Shown here: positions 1 to 13,054 of the stretch, piece after piece
Position numbering within the stretch: the first letter of the stretch is position 1
Layout: the number at the start of each line of letters is the position of its first letter
From: Octopus vulgaris
Lineage: Eukaryota
Reading direction: 5' to 3'
Length of the DNA: 64,000 nt
Assembly (NCBI GenBank): GCA_951406725.2
Contig: OX597816.1
Coordinates: forward strand, 89,342,001-89,406,000
Translations under genes and position numbers: made by a program
Notes under the pieces: model-generated
Told to the model about the DNA's origin: nothing
Seen by the model: the letters and a program-made list of their open reading frames with translations, nothing else
The model's database searches: none

Positions 1-564
1 CACATTTTGCATTCCCATATCCAGCTGCTTCATATTATGTTAGTAATCACACAAATTCTATTCTCCCCCGTTATATGTTGTCGTAGCTGCTGCGAATATT
101 TCTATATGAACACACGTACATAACAATGTATATAGATATGTATGCATGTATAAATATCTATGAACATGCAAACATGAATAAAGAAAGAAAACATGAATGT
201 AAGGGCAACTCCCTTTCAATCATCATTAGTCATTTACAGCTTTTGTTGTTTATTTCACTCACTTGAGATATACCTCTTTCATTTCCTCATCAAAATCACG
301 TCAAAGCTTGGCAGTTAAAATCCTGAGAAATCCTTGTTGACCAATACGAGAGCATATCCATTTTTCCTATTGTTCCTGTTCACTAGCTGCTAGAGTAATA
401 GACAAAGTTTGAGGCATTGAATATCATACGAAACGAAGAAACTGAAACAGCTCTGGTTCCTGCTCTGACTGAATAGATAATACACTCTTCTCCTGTATTG
501 AGTACTTTTAATGCTGTTCGTCACAGCTAACGTGTACGTGTGTACATATAGATGTCAGTAATTA

Positions 565-596
565 AATAGATAGAAAGACAGACAGCTAGATCGATC

Positions 597-657
<61 letters not shown>

Positions 658-685
658 ATGGATGGATGGATGGATGGATAGATAT

Positions 686-757
<72 letters not shown>
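565..757. repeat. (GATA)n/(GGAT)n microsatellite
   Basis: Directly visible tetranucleotide run. It produces the spurious SIYL-repeat ORFs. Confidence 0.97.
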
Positions 758-758
<1 letters not shown>

Positions 759-1318
759 ATATGTTACGTGGACAATGTGGAAACAAAGTATTTTATACAT
801 TGCCTAGATAGTCAATAGCGTTTCTAACATTTTTAGATTAAGTATAATAGACAAAAGACACGACAAAATTTCATTAACAATCTACTACTAAAAGTAAACT
901 AATAATATTCTGATAAACATTGCATCACTTTTGTCTCCCCTTCATTGCACCTGTCTAAACTTGAATGTCATGATGACTTGCATTTAACTAATACATGCAT
1001 TGCGTTTCACAAGTCATTGCCTAATAACCATACGTTGTAGTGTTCTAGATGACCAGAATGAGATTTATCTACTCATCGAGGTATCTTGCACACCCGATAG
1101 CAAAAGGAAGGGGGGAAAAGAAAACTGCGATGTGGAGTAAAGTTGTTTAAAATTTTTTGTCGTCCTCAACCGATAGAAATCGTCCGTGCTATTTAAGATC
1201 ATGGGCAAAATATTGCGAGTGTTGCCATGTTTTTCACCAGGAATTGTAAAACGAGCTGAATACTTAAGCATCGTGCAAAGCAAGAAGGGAACTAATTTCA
1301 ATTGTTTTGCCAATTATA

Positions 1319-2171
1319 CAATGTGGTATCAAAAAGTTCCTGGACTAGTTCTGTAGTGAGGCAACGGATGGCAACACACAATTGCGTGTGCAGTGAGGGC
1401 TAGCAATGACCGTCAAGAGGCAGTGTACCGAGTGACATTGTTGTGCTTACTTCGTAAGTTGTGGAATTTCTATTTTTGTGATTACGTGTATGTTGTCTGC
1501 GATTTTTGTCATGGAGAGGAAGTTGGAACAAGGAACCAGCGTGAGACTTTGCGTTAAACTTGGGAAGTCTTCTCCAGAGACATTGAGCATGCGTCGTCGA
1601 GGTTACGGCAACGAGGTAATGGGTCGTGCGCAATGTTTCGAGTGGCACGGGCGCACGACAGAATCGCAGCTGAATCGAGAGTATGCGCATCACCTTTTCG
1701 ACTAATATAGTATTTTTCCATCGAGAATTCACCGTCCAGGGCCAGACCGTCAGTCGAGAGTTCTACTGCAACATTTGGAAGCTTTTGAGGAAGGACATTC
1801 AGTGAAAGCGACCGGATTTGTGGAGTCCGAAGAATTGAGAATATGATTCTTCACGATGACAATGCCCCCCTATCACCGAGCTCTCCTCACTCGTGAGTTT
1901 CTTGCCAAAAACAACATGGTATTGCTTCTACACCCGCCCTGTTTGTCAAGTTTAGTACATGCAGACTTCCAACTCTTTCCCAAGATGAAAATAAAGCTCA
2001 ATGGTTACCATTTTATCACTTCAAGGCTGGATTCCAAAAGTGACAGGAACGCAGGAACCAGTGTATTGCTGCGAAAAGCAACTATTTCGAAGGAGATGAT
2101 GCTAAAACTTCGGTAAAGAAGTTATTTTTCGTTAAGCATAACTAGTCCGAGACCTCATTTATACCATCCCA
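1319..2171 (+). mobile_element. Internally deleted mariner (DD34D-type) DNA transposon, copy 1
   Basis: TA at 1317-18 and 2172-73. Imperfect ~31-bp TIRs (caatgtggtatcaaaaagttcctggactagt / actagtccgagacctcatttataccatccca). N-terminal HTH-like MERKLEQ..VRLCVKLGKSSPET..RAQCFEWH and C-terminal HDDNAP..HPP...ADFQLFPKMK, with frameshifts and stops. Confidence 0.9.
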
Positions 2172-2960
2172 TATGAGATCATTTTTTTAATAAACTACAT
2201 TGTGAGCTGAATTTCTCTTGACTAAAATTCACATGCACAGACGATATGGACATAGTTTCGACATCGATTAGCTTCAGTTGTAAATTTGCATCATATGCAG
2301 CATGTGAAATATTTTGATGCAAATGTTTAGTCAGCCGATTCTCGGCTATTTACAGATATAGGTAATATAGGTGGTATAGATGTCTCTTTTATATAGATTT
2401 ATGTTACGTGGACAATGTGGAAACAAAGTTTATTTTATACACTGCCTAGATAGTCAATAGCGTTTCTAACATTTTTAGATTAAGTATAATAGACAAAAGA
2501 CACGACAAAATTTCATTAACAATCTACTACTAAAAGTAAACTAATAATATTCTGATAAACATTGCATCACTTTTGTCTCCCCTTCATTGCACCTGTCTAA
2601 ACTTGAATGTCATGATGACTTGCATTTAACTAATACATGCATTTCGTTTCACAAGTCATTGCCTAATAACCATACGTTGTAGTGTTCTAGTTGACCAGAG
2701 TGACATTTATCTACTCATCGAGGTATCTTGCACACCCGATAGCAAAAGGAAGGGGGGAAAAGAAAACTGCGATGTGGAGTAAAGTTGTTTAAAATTTTTT
2801 GTCGTCCTCAACCGATAGAAATCGTCCGTGCTATTTAAGATCATGGGCAAAATATTGCGAGTGTTGCCATGTTTTTCACCAGGAATTGTAAAACGAGCTG
2901 CATACTTAAGCATCGTGCAAAGCAAGAAGGGAACTCATTTCAATTGTTTTGCCAATTATA

Positions 2961-3808
2961 CGATGTGGTATCAAAAAGTTCCCGGACTAGTTCTGTAGTG
3001 AGGCAACGGATGACAACACACAATTGCGTGTGCAGTGATGGCTAGCAATGACCTTCAAGAGGCAGTGTACCGAGTGACATTGTTGTGCTTGCTTCGTAAG
3101 TTGTGGAATTTCTATTTTTGTGATTACGTGTATGTTGCGATTTTTGTCATGGAGAGGAAGCTGGAACAAAGAACCAGCGTGAGACTTTGCGTTAAACTTG
3201 GGAAGTCTTCTCCAGAGACATTGAGCATGCGTCGTCGAGGTTACGGCAACGAGGTAATGGGTCATGCGCAATGTTTCGAGTGGCACGGGTGCACGACAGA
3301 ATCGCAGCTGAATCGAGAGTATGCGCATCGCCTTTTCGACTAATATGGTATTTTTCCATCGATAATTCGCCGCCCAGGGCCAGACCGTCAATCGAGAGTT
3401 CTACTGCAACGTTTGGAAGCGTTTGAGGAAGGACATTCAGTGAAAGTGACCGGAATTGTGGAGTCCGAAGAATTGAGAATTGAATTCTTCACGATGACAA
3501 TGCCCCCTGTCACCAAGCTCTCCTCACTCGTGAGTTTCTTGCCAAAAACAACATGGTATTGCTTCTACAACCGCCCTGTTTGTCAAGTTTAGTACATGCA
3601 GACTTCCAACTCTTTCCCAAGATGAAAATAAAGCTCAATGGTTGCCATTTTATCACTTCAAGGCTGGATTCCAAAAGTGACAGGAACGCAGGAACCAGTG
3701 TATTGCTGCGAAAAGTAACTATTTCGAAGGAGATGATGCTAAAACTTCGGTAACGAAGTTATTTTTCATTAAGCATAACTAGTCCGAGACCTCTTTTATA
3801 CCATCCCA
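2961..3808 (+). mobile_element. Internally deleted mariner, copy 2 (inside the tandem duplication)
   Basis: Same TIRs, TA flanks (2959-60, 3809-10) and transposase fragments as 1319-2171. Confidence 0.9.
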
Positions 3809-4204
3809 TATGAGATCATTTTTTTAATAAACTACATTGTGAGCTGAATTTCTCTTGACTAAAATTCACATGAACAGACGATATGGACATAGTTTCGACA
3901 TCGATTAGCTTCAGTTGTAAATTTGGATCATATACAGCATGTGAAATATTTTGATGCAAATGTTTAGTCGGCCGATTCTCGGCTATTTACAGATATAGGT
4001 AATATAGGTGGTATAGATGTCTCTTTTATGTAGATTTAGGAAGTGTAGATGACTGAGGTGGTAAATGTACAGATACCATAGATAAACGAGCAAAAACGTT
4101 GAAGTATTGATGTTAAAATCCTATGTTTCTCTTAATCTCGTGTAAGTTTTCCAAAATATCAAAATTTTATATTTTATATAAATTTGATGTGTTACACTAA
4201 TCTT

Positions 4205-4810
4205 TCCTCCAAAGAGAGCCTCATGCAGGAACAGTTTCATATAATCATGATTGGTGTAATTTTTATCATTAACTGGATGAACAACCAGCAATCAATTGCT
4301 TGCCTTTCTCTTCCTAAATGTAAGCCAGGCATCATGTTTTTATAACCAGTTGCGCGTTTTGCTCTTCCTTGGATTTGAACCTGACGGAGGTGTTGCCTAT
4401 AAAAGCAAGAAACAACTTGATTAAAAACTTCTTGTGTCCTACCTAGTTATAAAACAGATGGTGCACCAATCATGGTAAAAAGTGTCAAGTTGCAGTCCAC
4501 TACCACATCATGCTTGGTTTTAAAGTCTTTAAAAACGATTGAATTTGTTAAGTAGCCTTTGTAGACATATACATTTTACGTTTACAAGCGGATGATCTTG
4601 AAAGTCAACGAGAATTACCAAAGAGAATCAAATTCAGAGAAAATTTTCAGGTTAGCAATAATTGGCATCACTACTTGCTATATTGAACTAAACAACAATA
4701 AATCTTGCCAAGTTTTGTCAATTGCATAGCACAGTTATAAGAACAAGGATCAAATAGATGTAAACTATGGAATCAATTGTGTGTTCCCGTTTATTTTGAT
4801 TGCAATATAT
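4205..4810 (-). pseudogene. Possible very old hAT (Charlie/SPIN-like) transposase remnant
   Basis: Minus-strand fragments LFTMIGAPSV (cf. TTDGAPSM) and LFLHEAL (cf. HCxxHQEAL) occur in the expected order. Heavily decayed. Confidence 0.3.
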
Positions 4811-5014
4811 AGAAGAAGAAAAAACGAAAAAGTTCACATAAAACTTGGGCATGTCATGTGACTAATTATTTAAACAAATTTACAGTATTTGTTATATATT
4901 GATTAGGAGTTCAATTCACAACAAATCTTCGTTTGCTGGCTTTATAAGCTTGGGCTTCTGTTACACAACCGTTACGTCATCATGTTTATTTGAGAGGAGG
5001 TATCTTTTTCATAG

Positions 5015-5391
5015 TGGAGGCGCGATGGCCCAGTGGTTAGGGCAGCGGACTCGCGGTCGTAGGATCGCGGTTTCGATTCCCAGACCGGGCATTGTGAGTG
5101 TTTATTGAGCGAAAACACCTAAAGCTTCGAGGCTCCTACAGGGGTGGTGGTGAACCCTGCTGTACTCTTTCACCACAACTTTCTCTCACTCTTTCTTCCT
5201 GTTTCTGTTGTACCTGTATTTCAAAGGGCCAGCCTTGTCACACTCTGTGTCACGCTGAATCTCCTCGAGAACTACGTTAAGGGTACACGTGTCTGTGGAG
5301 TGCTCAGCCACTTGCACGTTAATTCCACGAGCAAGCTGTTCCGTTGATCGTATCAGCTGGGACCCTCATCGTCGTAACCGACGGAGTGCTC
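5015..5391 (+). mobile_element. tRNA-derived SINE, family A (full length)
   Basis: A-box tggcccagtgg and B-box gtttcgattcc in a tRNA-like head, then a ~300-bp body. Degenerate target-site duplication tatctttttcatag / tatctttctcacaatag. Confidence 0.85.
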
Positions 5392-6004
5392 CTATCTTTC
5401 TCACAATAGCCTTCGTGGTTTTCTCTTCTTCCATTAACAGTTAATAACATTCACCACTTAGAAATATGGTGTTCTTCGCCGTCTTCCAATATTTTCTCAA
5501 TTCGGCATACAAGATGTGCTTCATTACATATAATGTTTACTGAATGACTTCTCTAGTGTGAAGGATTAACAATGAGTAAGTTACATACATCTATGATATG
5601 AAGTAGCCATACAAGATAGTAAAGCAAAACGATGAAATGATGTGCTAGGTATTCACGATATGTATGCCGTGGATACAAAATAGTTATTTGATAACAAATA
5701 ACAAACAGTTGGCCGATAATAGCAGAGTAGTTTCATAGTTATAATTTGGTCGTCTAGATATTGCCGCAAACAAGCATGGTAGTGTACAGCATATCTAGAA
5801 AATGTAAAAATACGGTTACATCATACATTTCACTTCTTGTATATGTATCAAGGACAACTATTTTAATGTGTATCAGTTTGTAAATCTTTGATTTCATCCT
5901 CCTGTAGGTATATTTGTCTATCTATCCATCGCACTGTAAATATATATAATTACAATAGACAGCTGTGTGCAATGTGTTACCAAAAAGGAAAACTATAATT
6001 GTCG

Positions 6005-6126
6005 CTAGATATAACTAGGGTGTTAGAAAACCTACATCGCTCGAAATAAGAGCTAAAGAGCTATAATGCTGTAGTTAGCTCTTATTTCTCGCAACGTAAG
6101 TGTTCTAACACCCTAGTCATATTTAG
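6005..6126. repeat. Fold-back palindrome (~52-bp imperfect arms)
   Basis: ctagatataactagggtgttagaa...gaaataagagctaa pairs with ttagctcttatttc...ttctaacaccctagtcatatttag. Confidence 0.9.
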
Positions 6127-6147
6127 GAGATATATATATATATATAG

Positions 6148-6321
6148 GTGTGTGTGTGTATATTTGTCCCCCACCATCGCTTGTAACTTAGCGGTTCGGC
6201 AAAAAGAGCGGGTACAATAAGTAATAAGCATACAAAGAATAACTCATGGAGTTGATTTGTTCGACTAAAGGCAGTGCTCCAGCATGGCTGCAGTCAAATG
6301 ACTGAAACAAGTAAAAGAATA
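6148..6321 (+). mobile_element. SINE family B, 3' half
   Basis: Matches the 3' part of 30409-30877 (gtaacttagcggttcggcaaaa...gtgctccagcatggctgcagtcaaatgactgaaacaagtaaaaga). Confidence 0.85.
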
Positions 6322-7093
6322 TATATGCAACTCCGGAGAATTGTCCACTTGACGGTAACTGTCTGCAAAAGTCGATAGTCTACAGAGCAAAGGTTGAACC
6401 AAATAGCAGATCAACCTAAATATATAATGGGACAACAAAACTATCATTCAAAAGCCATTATTACAGACATAAATAATTTGTCGGCCCCGGCAAAAAATAT
6501 ACGACGGCTTTGTCGAAGTTTATTTGGTCATCCTCACCGGCGTACACACTCATTAATTTAAAAGTATTAATTGAAAGTATCACTTTAAATTATTTATTTG
6601 AAGTATTATTTTAAAGTATTGTTTTGGAAGATCGCTTAAGCAGAAACGCAACTTTATGACTTAGAATGTACGGAGTTTATGACGTTTATAATAATACTGC
6701 CTCGAAAACCAGAAATGAAATCAAAAAGCTTCAGGCAGTCTTTTCTGAATGCGTCGTTCACAAAAGTTTTAAATGAAAGAACGTAAAGATATGCGTTTCC
6801 TTCAAACTTCCATTTCACATTTCAAAACATATGCAGACATATGGATATTCAAAAGAAACTAAGCTGTGTTTACCAGCTATGGGTTGGAAACAAACGACTG
6901 TGAGTACTAGAAATCGGAGCCTCCCACTCATAACGTATTAAAGAATACTCTACATTTGTATTGAGTCCTGTAATGAATTCATCGCGCCTGGTGATCAACA
7001 AAGATTGATGCGTGTGTGTGTGTGTGTGTGAGTCGCTCTCTCTATCTATCTCTATGTATACACACACACACGCAGACACACACACATATATAT

Positions 7094-7535
7094 ATTCTTT
7101 TCTTTTACTTGTTTTTGCTTTTATTAATTTTTTGCTTGTTTTTTTACTTGTCATTTGACTGTGGCCATGCTAGAGCACCGCCTTTAGTTGAACAAATCGA
7201 CCCCCAGGACTTATTCTTTGTAAGCCTAGTACTTATTCTATCGGTTTTCTTTTGCCGAACAGTTAAGCTACGGAAATGTAAACACACCAACATCGGTTGG
7301 TGGGGGTGGTGGTGGGGATCAAACACATACACACAAATACATATATATATATATATATGCGCACGTACGCACAGACAACGGGATTCTTTCTGTTTCTGTC
7401 TACCAAATCCACTCACAAGGCTTTAGTCGAGCTCGAGGCTATAGTAGAAGACACTTGCCCAAGGTACCACAGAGTGGGACCGAACCTGGAACCATGTGGT
7501 TGAGAAGCAAGCTTCTCACTACTTACCCTCTCTGC

Positions 7536-7539
<4 letters not shown>
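7094..7539 (-). mobile_element. SINE family B, full length
   Basis: Reverse complement of the 30409-30877 family: tRNA-like head, CORE-like ccttgggcaagtg motif, internal microsatellite and a taaaaga tail. Confidence 0.9.
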
Positions 7540-7598
<59 letters not shown>

Positions 7599-7839
7599 TT
7601 GGTATGTGTATGTGTGTATATGCGTATACGTGCACTACATACTCTCTCATCTGACAATATCTCTATATTGAACCCTTATAGCACACCTGGTCTTTTAGGG
7701 GTTTTAGGGGTTTGTGTTTGTCATATATTTATATATATATCATATGATTTATAGCTTAGGTTAGGAAAAATGTAAACGTCGAAAAAAGTACCTCTTAACT
7801 TCTTCCTTTTCTATATTCCTCTTCCTTTTTATTCTACCT

Positions 7840-7876
<37 letters not shown>

Positions 7877-8463
7877 GTCTCTGTTTCGCTCTCTGTCTCT
7901 CTATATCTCTTTTTTTGTCTATATAATCATCTATCACTTCGCTTGCACGCTTAACATACGCCTATAGTCAGTACATATTTGTTTGTATGCGTGTTTGTGT
8001 ATGTGTATGTGTGTTTATGTATGTGTGTGCGTGTGTCTGTGTGTCTGTGTTCGCGTTGTGTGTATGGCTGAGAGCCAGGCAGACAGACAAACAGACAGAC
8101 AGCATTTGATAAATCTATGATAAATGCGTTCATTTCAATGTGAAAGCTGTGCTGAAGAAGGAATGTTATATATGTCAATATATATGAAATATATGTCAAA
8201 AATATATGGAATATATATTCAATATGTTTATAATCGCAGACTAGTACATGATGTTCACAGATAACCGCCAGACTTCGTATTCGTTATCTATTCCTTCTGT
8301 TTTGCATATGTGAATTACGGGGTGGCGCGGCGGAGTAAAATAATTTGATTGATAGATACAACAAACCTAGTAATTCACTTCCTTTTGAACATTTCCCCTC
8401 ATTTCAGCTTAAAGCGCTCTCACCCTTACTCTTCCTTTCTTTCTCTATGCTTGCTTATTATTC

Positions 8464-8504
<41 letters not shown>

Positions 8505-8858
8505 ATATATGTATATATATATATATGTATATATATAGAGATATTATATATATATATCATGTATGTGCGTATATATATATATTATCTATCTGACAATATC
8601 TATATATATATATATATATATTATACCTATATATTATATATATATATTAGGGTATAAATGTATTTATCATATATATTATATATATCATATGATATATAGC
8701 TTAGGTTATATATAAATATATAATTATATATATATTAGTATATAAATATATATATATCCTATTATATATTCCTCTTTATATATATATATATATTTAATAT
8801 ATATAAATATATATGTACATCGCATATATATATATTATATATAGATATATATAAATAT

Positions 8859-8912
<54 letters not shown>

Positions 8913-9390
8913 GTATGTATCGTGTTTGTGTATGTGACATTTCTCATTAGTTGCTATGATATTTCTCTATCTGTCAGTTTGTGTATCACGTTGTGTTATG
9001 AGAGACAGGCAGACAGACAAACAGACAGACAGATGATTATTTCTTTGTCTTACTCGTAGTTTGTAACTACCAAGTTCGATATATTTGTATACATATATTT
9101 ATATACATATATATATATATACATATATATATATGTTTATATATGTGAGTGTATATATATATATATTTTATATATATATATATATCATATATATATATGT
9201 GGCCACCTTTATATTTATACATATATATGTGGCGTGTACATATATATATATAATTTGAGAGAGAGACAGAGAAACCTAGTAGATTCATTTGTTTTTGTAC
9301 ATTTCCCCTCATGTATATAGCGCATGTATATTAATCTCACCTTTCTTTTTTCTGTCTATTATTCTCACATTTATCAAATATATATATATA
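7540..9390. repeat. Degenerate tandem duplication (~0.92-kb unit) in (TA)n-rich DNA
   Basis: Shared anchors occur in the same order: atctgacaatatct (7650/8588), tatagcttaggtta (7750/8694), caggcagacagacaaacagacagacag (8076/9006) and acatttcccctcat (8389/9299). Confidence 0.75.
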
Positions 9391-9394
9391 TATA

Positions 9395-9581
9395 CTGCCA
9401 TCTTTCTTATCTTTTTCGCTCTCTGACATTCACTCTCACCCCACCTCTTTCTCTCTCTCTCTTTCTCTCTCTCTAACTCTCTATGTTTCCCCCGCTATAT
9501 ATATATGATCTATATATGTGTATATATATATATCTATATGTATATATATATGTATATATATAAATATATATATATATATAT

Positions 9582-9617
<36 letters not shown>

Positions 9618-9945
9618 TTATATGTAAACAACCATATACGTATATGGGCATCTGTCCTATCGACATGTGTATATTTTATATATATACCCTATAAATGTAT
9701 CAGCAAATCGATATTTTTTTCGGTCACTAATCTTTCTTATATATGTCAGTACTTATTCCCTCTATCTTTCTACCTTTATCTGTATAACATATTCCCAATT
9801 TCTACATCTCTACTCACATACAAAAAACAATACACACATATACATACATATATACATACATACATATATACATATGTACGTACACAAATAGATACGTATC
9901 ATATATATACCTATGTGTGTGTGAGTTTACACACACACACACACA

Positions 9946-10008
<63 letters not shown>

Positions 10009-10243
10009 TATCCATATATGTATGTAACTTTGTCTATCGCCGACATTTCTCACCATTACAAGTTGCTACCTACAAATTTGCTTCTCTATTCCCAGTTTTT
10101 GCTATACTTATTCATCTATACCTATCCTTTCACAATCAATATATTATTATATCCGTGTAATTCTGCTCGTAGTTTATAAATTACCAGAAAGCTTATATCT
10201 TTGATATTAATATGATAGTACATATTCTGAATGAACACACGCA

Positions 10244-10296
<53 letters not shown>

Positions 10297-10569
10297 CATA
10301 CAAATATGCTGTATATGCGATGTATATTTGTTTGTGCTTATACAAATTTAACCTGTTTATACACATTTAAACATAATCTCACATGTTTTTTTCTGATCGG
10401 GTTATAGTGAAAAGGACAGTATACAACCCAATCACATCTTTCTTTGCATTCGATATTATGTCATTCTACTACAAAAATAAGGCTGCATAAATTTCTATCT
10501 CTCTCTTTCTCTCTCTCTGTTTCCCTCTCTTTGAGGACACAAACGCGCGCACATCTATGTATGTATGTA

Positions 10570-10624
<55 letters not shown>

Positions 10625-10997
10625 TATTTATACACACATACATATATACATATACATACATATATACGTATTTACAGACAACCATATACGTATATGGGCA
10701 TCTGTCCTCCCTCCTTTTCTCTATATTTTATATATATACCCTATAAATGTATCAGCAAATCGATTTTTTTTCGGTCACTAATCTTTCTTTTTTATGTCAG
10801 TACTTCAGTTCCCTCTATCTTTCTACCTTTGTCTGTGTAACACTTATTCCCAATTTCTACATCTCTACTCACATACACAAAAACACACACACACACATAT
10901 ACATACACATATACATACATACATACCTACATTCATACATACATATGTACGTACACAAATAGATACGTTCAATATATACCTATGCGTGTGTGAATGT

Positions 10998-11049
<52 letters not shown>

Positions 11050-11317
11050 TAATCTAATTCTTCCATTTGTATATAACTTTGTCTATCAATCAAGCCATTT
11101 CTCACCATGCTACAACCGTGCAAAATACCTACAAATTTGCTTCTCTATTTCGTTCTTTTTGCTATACTTATTCATCTATACCTATCCTATTTTCGCTACG
11201 GACCAAAGATCAATATATTATTATATCCGTGTAATTCTGCTCTTTATAAATTACCAGAAAGCTTATATCTTTTGTCATTAATTGATAGTACTTTCTGAAT
11301 GAACACACGCATCTCAG

Positions 11318-11389
<72 letters not shown>

Positions 11390-11620
11390 TGCTGTATATG
11401 CGATGTATATTTGCGTGCTTACACAAATTTAACCTGTTTACACACATTTAAACATAATACACATCTGATCGGGTTATAGTGAAAAGGACAGTATACAAAA
11501 TCACATTTTTTTGCATTGATATTATGCACTACTACAAAAATAAGGATGCATAAATTTCTATCTCTCTCTTTCTCTACCGTTCTCTCTACCCCTCTCTTTC
11601 CTCCTCTCTTCCTCTCTCTT
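9395..11620. repeat. Tandem duplication (~1.05-kb unit) with embedded microsatellites
   Basis: Shared anchors accatatacgtatatgggcatctgtcct (9631/10681), ttaccagaaagcttatatcttt (10181/11251) and ctgatcgggttatagtgaaaaggacagtatac (10393/11465). Confidence 0.9.
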
Positions 11621-11632
11621 TCGCTCTGTATG

Positions 11633-11695
<63 letters not shown>

Positions 11696-11773
11696 TCATA
11701 TTTATAACCACTTACAAACATACATTTACGTATACATATATATGTACGTAAATACAACTACAGGCAAAGCCAT

Positions 11774-11875
<102 letters not shown>

Positions 11876-12561
11876 GTGTGGTTATGTATGTAGTTGCAAG
11901 AGAGTGATTCATCACGTACGAGTTTTTGTGCACTTATCTACATGTAGATATTTAACATTTAATTCGCTACAATAGTCCTGTACAAATGAGCCAATTTCTG
12001 TGTATATACATGCATATATATACTCACTTCCGCGTGTGTGTGTATGTATGCATGTATACATGCGTGTATATGTGTATGTGTGTGTGTGTGTGTATTCGTG
12101 TGTGCATGAGTCAAAGTGTATATGCATGTGCATGTGTGTGTCGAGTGCATTAACAACGGCATTAAGCTTCCTGCAACGTGTCTGCAACGCAGGAACGATT
12201 TCAGCTGTACTTATTTCACTTACTCTAGTTATGACGTAATGAAACTCCTGTACGTTATAACCTCCTATTTCTGTATAGTATGAAAATCATTAGAGTTAAT
12301 CTCTTGCTGATATGATTCTGCTTATCACGAATAGTAGAACTAATGTATAAAGGTATTTAATTTCTTTATAGATATAGTGGTGAATGTATTCATAGACAAA
12401 GAAAGATACAAATGAATGAATTTAAGCGATTTAGATTCAAACTGAATATTATAAACTAGAACTCAGCATATTAGATATTTTCTCCACCCTGTTATTGAGT
12501 TCGAGTTTTCGTTTGGCGCAATTTCAGTGTGTGTGCCCAATTTACTTTTTTTTTTTTTTTC

Positions 12562-12895
12562 TATTTAGGTATATCTCATAAGAGATTTGAGAATATCCTG
12601 TCCAATGAACTTAGCATAACGAAAATCTCTGCTCGGTGGGTGCCACGTCTTTTGGCATCTGCGCACCAGGCCGATTACATTAGAGGAAAATCTGACACTG
12701 AAGCAGATTCAGTTGTTTCCTTGAACGCTTCTAATCCAAGATGATTGTTGGGTTCATCACTTTGAACCAGAGACAAAGAGACAATCCATGCTGGAGAAAC
12801 ACTACTCTTCGCCTGCTTCAACAAAGGCTGAGATTGTTTCATTTCTAGGGAAGATTTTGAAGTTCAGTTTTTTTAAATTCACTAGGCATTTTGAA
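12562..12895 (+). pseudogene. mariner transposase fragment (central region)
   Basis: GISHKRFENILSNELSITKISARWVPRLL (mariner WVPxxL motif), followed by DDCWVHHFEPETKRQSM. Confidence 0.85.
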
Positions 12896-12901
12896 ATTCA
12901 A

Positions 12902-13013
12902 AAGTACAGGGCTTACAAAAGAATATGTCCCGGGGTTGAGTTGCTCGATTAAAGGCGCTGCTCCAGCATGGCCGCAGTCAAATGACTGAAACGAGTAAAA
13001 GAGTAAAAGAGTA
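12902..13013 (+). mobile_element. SINE family B, 3' end
   Basis: gctccagcatggccgcagtcaaatgactgaaacgagtaaaagagtaaaagag tail. Confidence 0.85.
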
Positions 13014-13054
13014 TATATATATATATAATGATCATTATATATAATGATTACAAA

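Larger units (their letters stand above)
761..4038. repeat. Direct tandem duplication, ~1.64-kb unit (761-2400 and 2401-4038)
   Basis: Both units begin atgttacgtggacaatgtggaaacaaagt and end gatgtctctttta(t/g)..tagattta. They are colinear with scattered substitutions and small indels. Confidence 0.95.

Noticed and set aside
5015-5090. Functional tRNA gene
   Set aside because: A and B boxes are present, but the cloverleaf is incomplete and the sequence continues into a repeated SINE body. The same applies to 63231-63305.
7694-7712. Telomere-like ttagggg repeats
   Set aside because: Only two imperfect units, not a TTAGGG array.
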